From Octopus bimaculoides (Eukaryota), in contig NC_069007.1 of the NCBI RefSeq assembly GCF_001194135.2, positions 12,765,909 through 12,829,908 on the forward strand: 64,000 bases of DNA. The letters run 5' to 3'. The translations under genes were made by a program, and so were the position numbers. The notes beneath the pieces are model-generated. The model ran no database searches, had not been told where the DNA came from, and saw only the letters and a program-made list of their open reading frames with translations. This document shows, piece by piece, positions 61,034-64,000 of this stretch (positions are counted from its first letter, which is position 1; every line of letters starts with the position of its first letter).

Positions 61034-64000
61034 ANNNNNNNNNNNNNNNNNNNNNNNNNNNNNNNNNNNNNNNNNNNNNNNNNNNNNNNNNNNNNNNNNN
61101 NNNNNNNNNNNNATATATATACACACACACACACTTTTATCATAATTATTCTTTATCTGAAGAATTTCTAATAGGAACTATAAATAGCAATATGACCCAG
61201 TGGATACAGTTATTAAAATACTAGTTTACTAGTTCATCATCATCTCCATTTAACATCTGTTGTCCATGCAGGCATAGGTTGGATGGTTTAACAGGAACTG
61301 TTATGCCAGAAGACTGTACCAAGCACTGTCTGTTTTGGCCTGGTTTCTACAGCAGGATGCCCTTCCTAATGCCAAACACTTTACAGAGTGAACTGGGTGC
61401 TTTTTAATGTTGCACCAGTGAGGTCACCAATTAACTCACAACACAAGACCCTTCAACTGAAAGAGAGAGCAGCACAAGAGGCGCCTTTGTGCCAGGTGAT
61501 GAGAAGGTACAGATTCGGGTGTCATGCTGTAGAGGAGATATATGGCTGCCTCAGTTAGAAAGAGAGGGGAGGAGAGAGGTATTAGTTCATGTTCATTCTG
61601 GGAGTAGTATTTCAGTGTTCTTGTCAAACACTGGATTCCATGTCATATTTACTGAGATGTTGAGTTAATAAAGGGAACGTGTGCATAGTCACTCAACATG
61701 CTTGAAATGGCAACTAAAAATCTTTCAAATAAAATTCGGCCATTTTGAAATACAAAAGGCCATGGATAATATAATCTTGGATACAAGGTCTGAAAAGAAA
61801 AGACTGTGTGGTCACACCAGGTACAGGTTTGAGCATTGATTTGTAGGATCAAAAGAGACCTGGATTTGAACAACAACATCTAAATATTCTCTAAGGTTTC
61901 AAGAACAAAAGCTCAAATAATCTCCAAGATCCCAGTGTATTACAGGTAACCAACGACTTGCTAAACTGACATAAACACTCAAATCAATTAACTTGTGCAT
62001 AAAAATCAGATTTGGGCTTCGTTTTCTTCAGTCAAGAAGAGCATCTTCATGATTAACACCTCATCTCCCATCAAACCTGTCAATACATCAAATAAACTGT
62101 ATATATAGCATCATATAAGGCAATGTGTTCGAGGCTGGTGTTGCATAACTAGTACCCATACCAGTGGCACATAGAAAGCACCTTTAGGGCGTTGAGCTTC
62201 ACGGAGGCAATGACAAATGACTGAGACCTTCAGCAATATGCCGTGCTTGAGTAAAAGACCCATCAAGCCAAGTGAAATCATAGTTGTGGCAGATACCAGA
62301 GTCACGCAACTGGCAGCCATGCCAGTAACACATAAAAAGCACATAACAAGCACTTGTTACACTCTCGGTGCGGTTGACATTAGGAAGGGCGTCCAGCCAT
62401 AGAAATCATGCTAAATCAGACTGGAGTCTGGTGCAGCCCTGATCAAATCGTTCAACCCATGCCAGCATGGACAACAGATATTAAATGACAATGATGAGAT
62501 ATAAGCAAAACACAGGCGTGCGACCGAGTTGAAGGCAGATTTACTTCTGCCTTTATAGCATGTAAAGAAAACAGAGTTGTAGGAGTGTACACATCACATG
62601 TACTACAGCAGTATTATGCGTAGCTTAAATACCAAGACTGAAAAGCAGGTGCAAATTATGCCTACCTAATCTACAAAAAAAAAAATCAAATATTTTGCAT
62701 TTTATGCATAGTAATGAGAGTAACCTTCATAATTTTATTGAATTAGGTGCATATTTTGCCATAAAAGGGAAATGTTGCTATAAATCTATTTTATTCAAGG
62801 TAGGTGGTGCCTACCTTACCTACCCAAGCGGCACGTCCCTGATATACACACACACACACAAAGTAAGCACTTAAATGCAAAACAAGGTGGAAAAAAATAT
62901 TACTTGAATACCAAAAGGCAGAGTTCCATGCTTTTATTAAAGCTGGAAAAAATCTTGGCAAACTGCTACTAAGAGTTTCCGGTTACCATTCATTAGGCAG
63001 AATGATCACGACTCTCCAACAAATGTGAAACTGAGGAACAGCTTGTGAAGAATTTTTTAGCTTTTATAAGGCAACAGCACAAAAAGAAAACACATGTGAG
63101 ACAAAATTTAAGTTTAAAACTTAAAAAGGGAACCTGACGTTTTGGATGCTAATTCTTCGTCAGGAGAAAGAGAAGTAAAAAATAAAGAGAATGAGAAAAG
63201 GTGAAGCAAAGTAGATAGAGGTCAGGTGGGAATACGATTCTATGGGAGGAATTAAGAAGGGGGGAGGGGTATACGTGTAGAGATGGATGTGGGAGAGGTC
63301 TGGTTGTGCAGATTTTTAGGGTGTGTATGGTTTCTTGGGGCGTATGTAGTTGTGTGGAGGCATATAGTGTCCGTAAACTTGTCAAAGATGTACGTGAATG
63401 ATTTCCAGTAGAAACCAGAAAGGACTGCATAGAGACAATAACATCGATGTCTCACATACACACATGACTGTGCAAAAACTGCTAACAAGCCCAGGCCAGA
63501 TGTGAAATATATACCCTTAAATATAGATCAACTGATAATTTGGTCCATGGCAAAATGTGATATGAAGACACCCCCATTCAAACAATTCAAGTATCTTAAA
63601 TTTTTAAAATGCTGGATGACTGATGTATCTGTGAGTCTTTACCTGTTTCAATCATTGGACTGCGGACATGCTGAAGCGCTACTTTGAAGGGTTTAGCTGA
63701 ACAAATCAACCCCAGTACTTTTTTTTGCTTCAAAAGCCTGGTACTTATTCTTTCGGTCATTTTTAGCCGAACCGCTAAGTTACGGGGACGTAAGTCAACT
63801 AACAGCAGTTGTCATGCGGTGGTGGACAAATACACACGCACACATGCAACAGGTTCTTCTAGTTTGTCTAATAAATCCATTCACAAAGCTTTGATTGCTT
63901 CGGGGATATAATAGAAGACTCCTGCCCCAGGTGCCATGCAGTAGGACTGAACCCTAAACTACGTAGTTGGTAAGCAAACATCTTACCATGAAGCCACACC

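Noticed and set aside
62500-62850. Promoter or first exon of USP20
   Set aside because: Only a few CpGs, with no clear core-promoter elements or donor; part resembles a transposon end.

Overview
AT-rich, microsatellite-dense animal genomic DNA with many N gaps. The repeat families look like those of Octopus (coleoid cephalopod); this species call is from recognition, not a search. One protein-coding gene spans most of the window on the minus strand: the USP20/USP33-family deubiquitinase (zf-UBP, USP catalytic domain, two DUSP domains). I traced 20 coding exons from the ATG at 53708 to 1887. All visible junctions are GT-AG and phase-consistent. One exon start is hidden in a gap and the last exon(s) lie beyond position 1. 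The introns hold tRNA-derived SINEs (often nested or in tandem arrays), RTE LINE pieces including an apparently young RTE 5' end at 1-320, a Penelope-like remnant, mariner/maT/Tigger fragments, hAT, piggyBac-type and mariner MITEs, and several fold-back elements. The most interesting signal is a set of hammerhead-ribozyme motifs in these introns. The best is a type I hammerhead with a complete catalytic core and all three helices at 9544-9660, on the sense strand of the USP20 pre-mRNA. Degenerate Penelope-type motifs occur at 981-1022, 3691-3736 (the tail of a tRNA-headed SINE) and 24248-24291. A second notable pattern is two apparently independent insertions of one SINE family at the same site of another SINE family.
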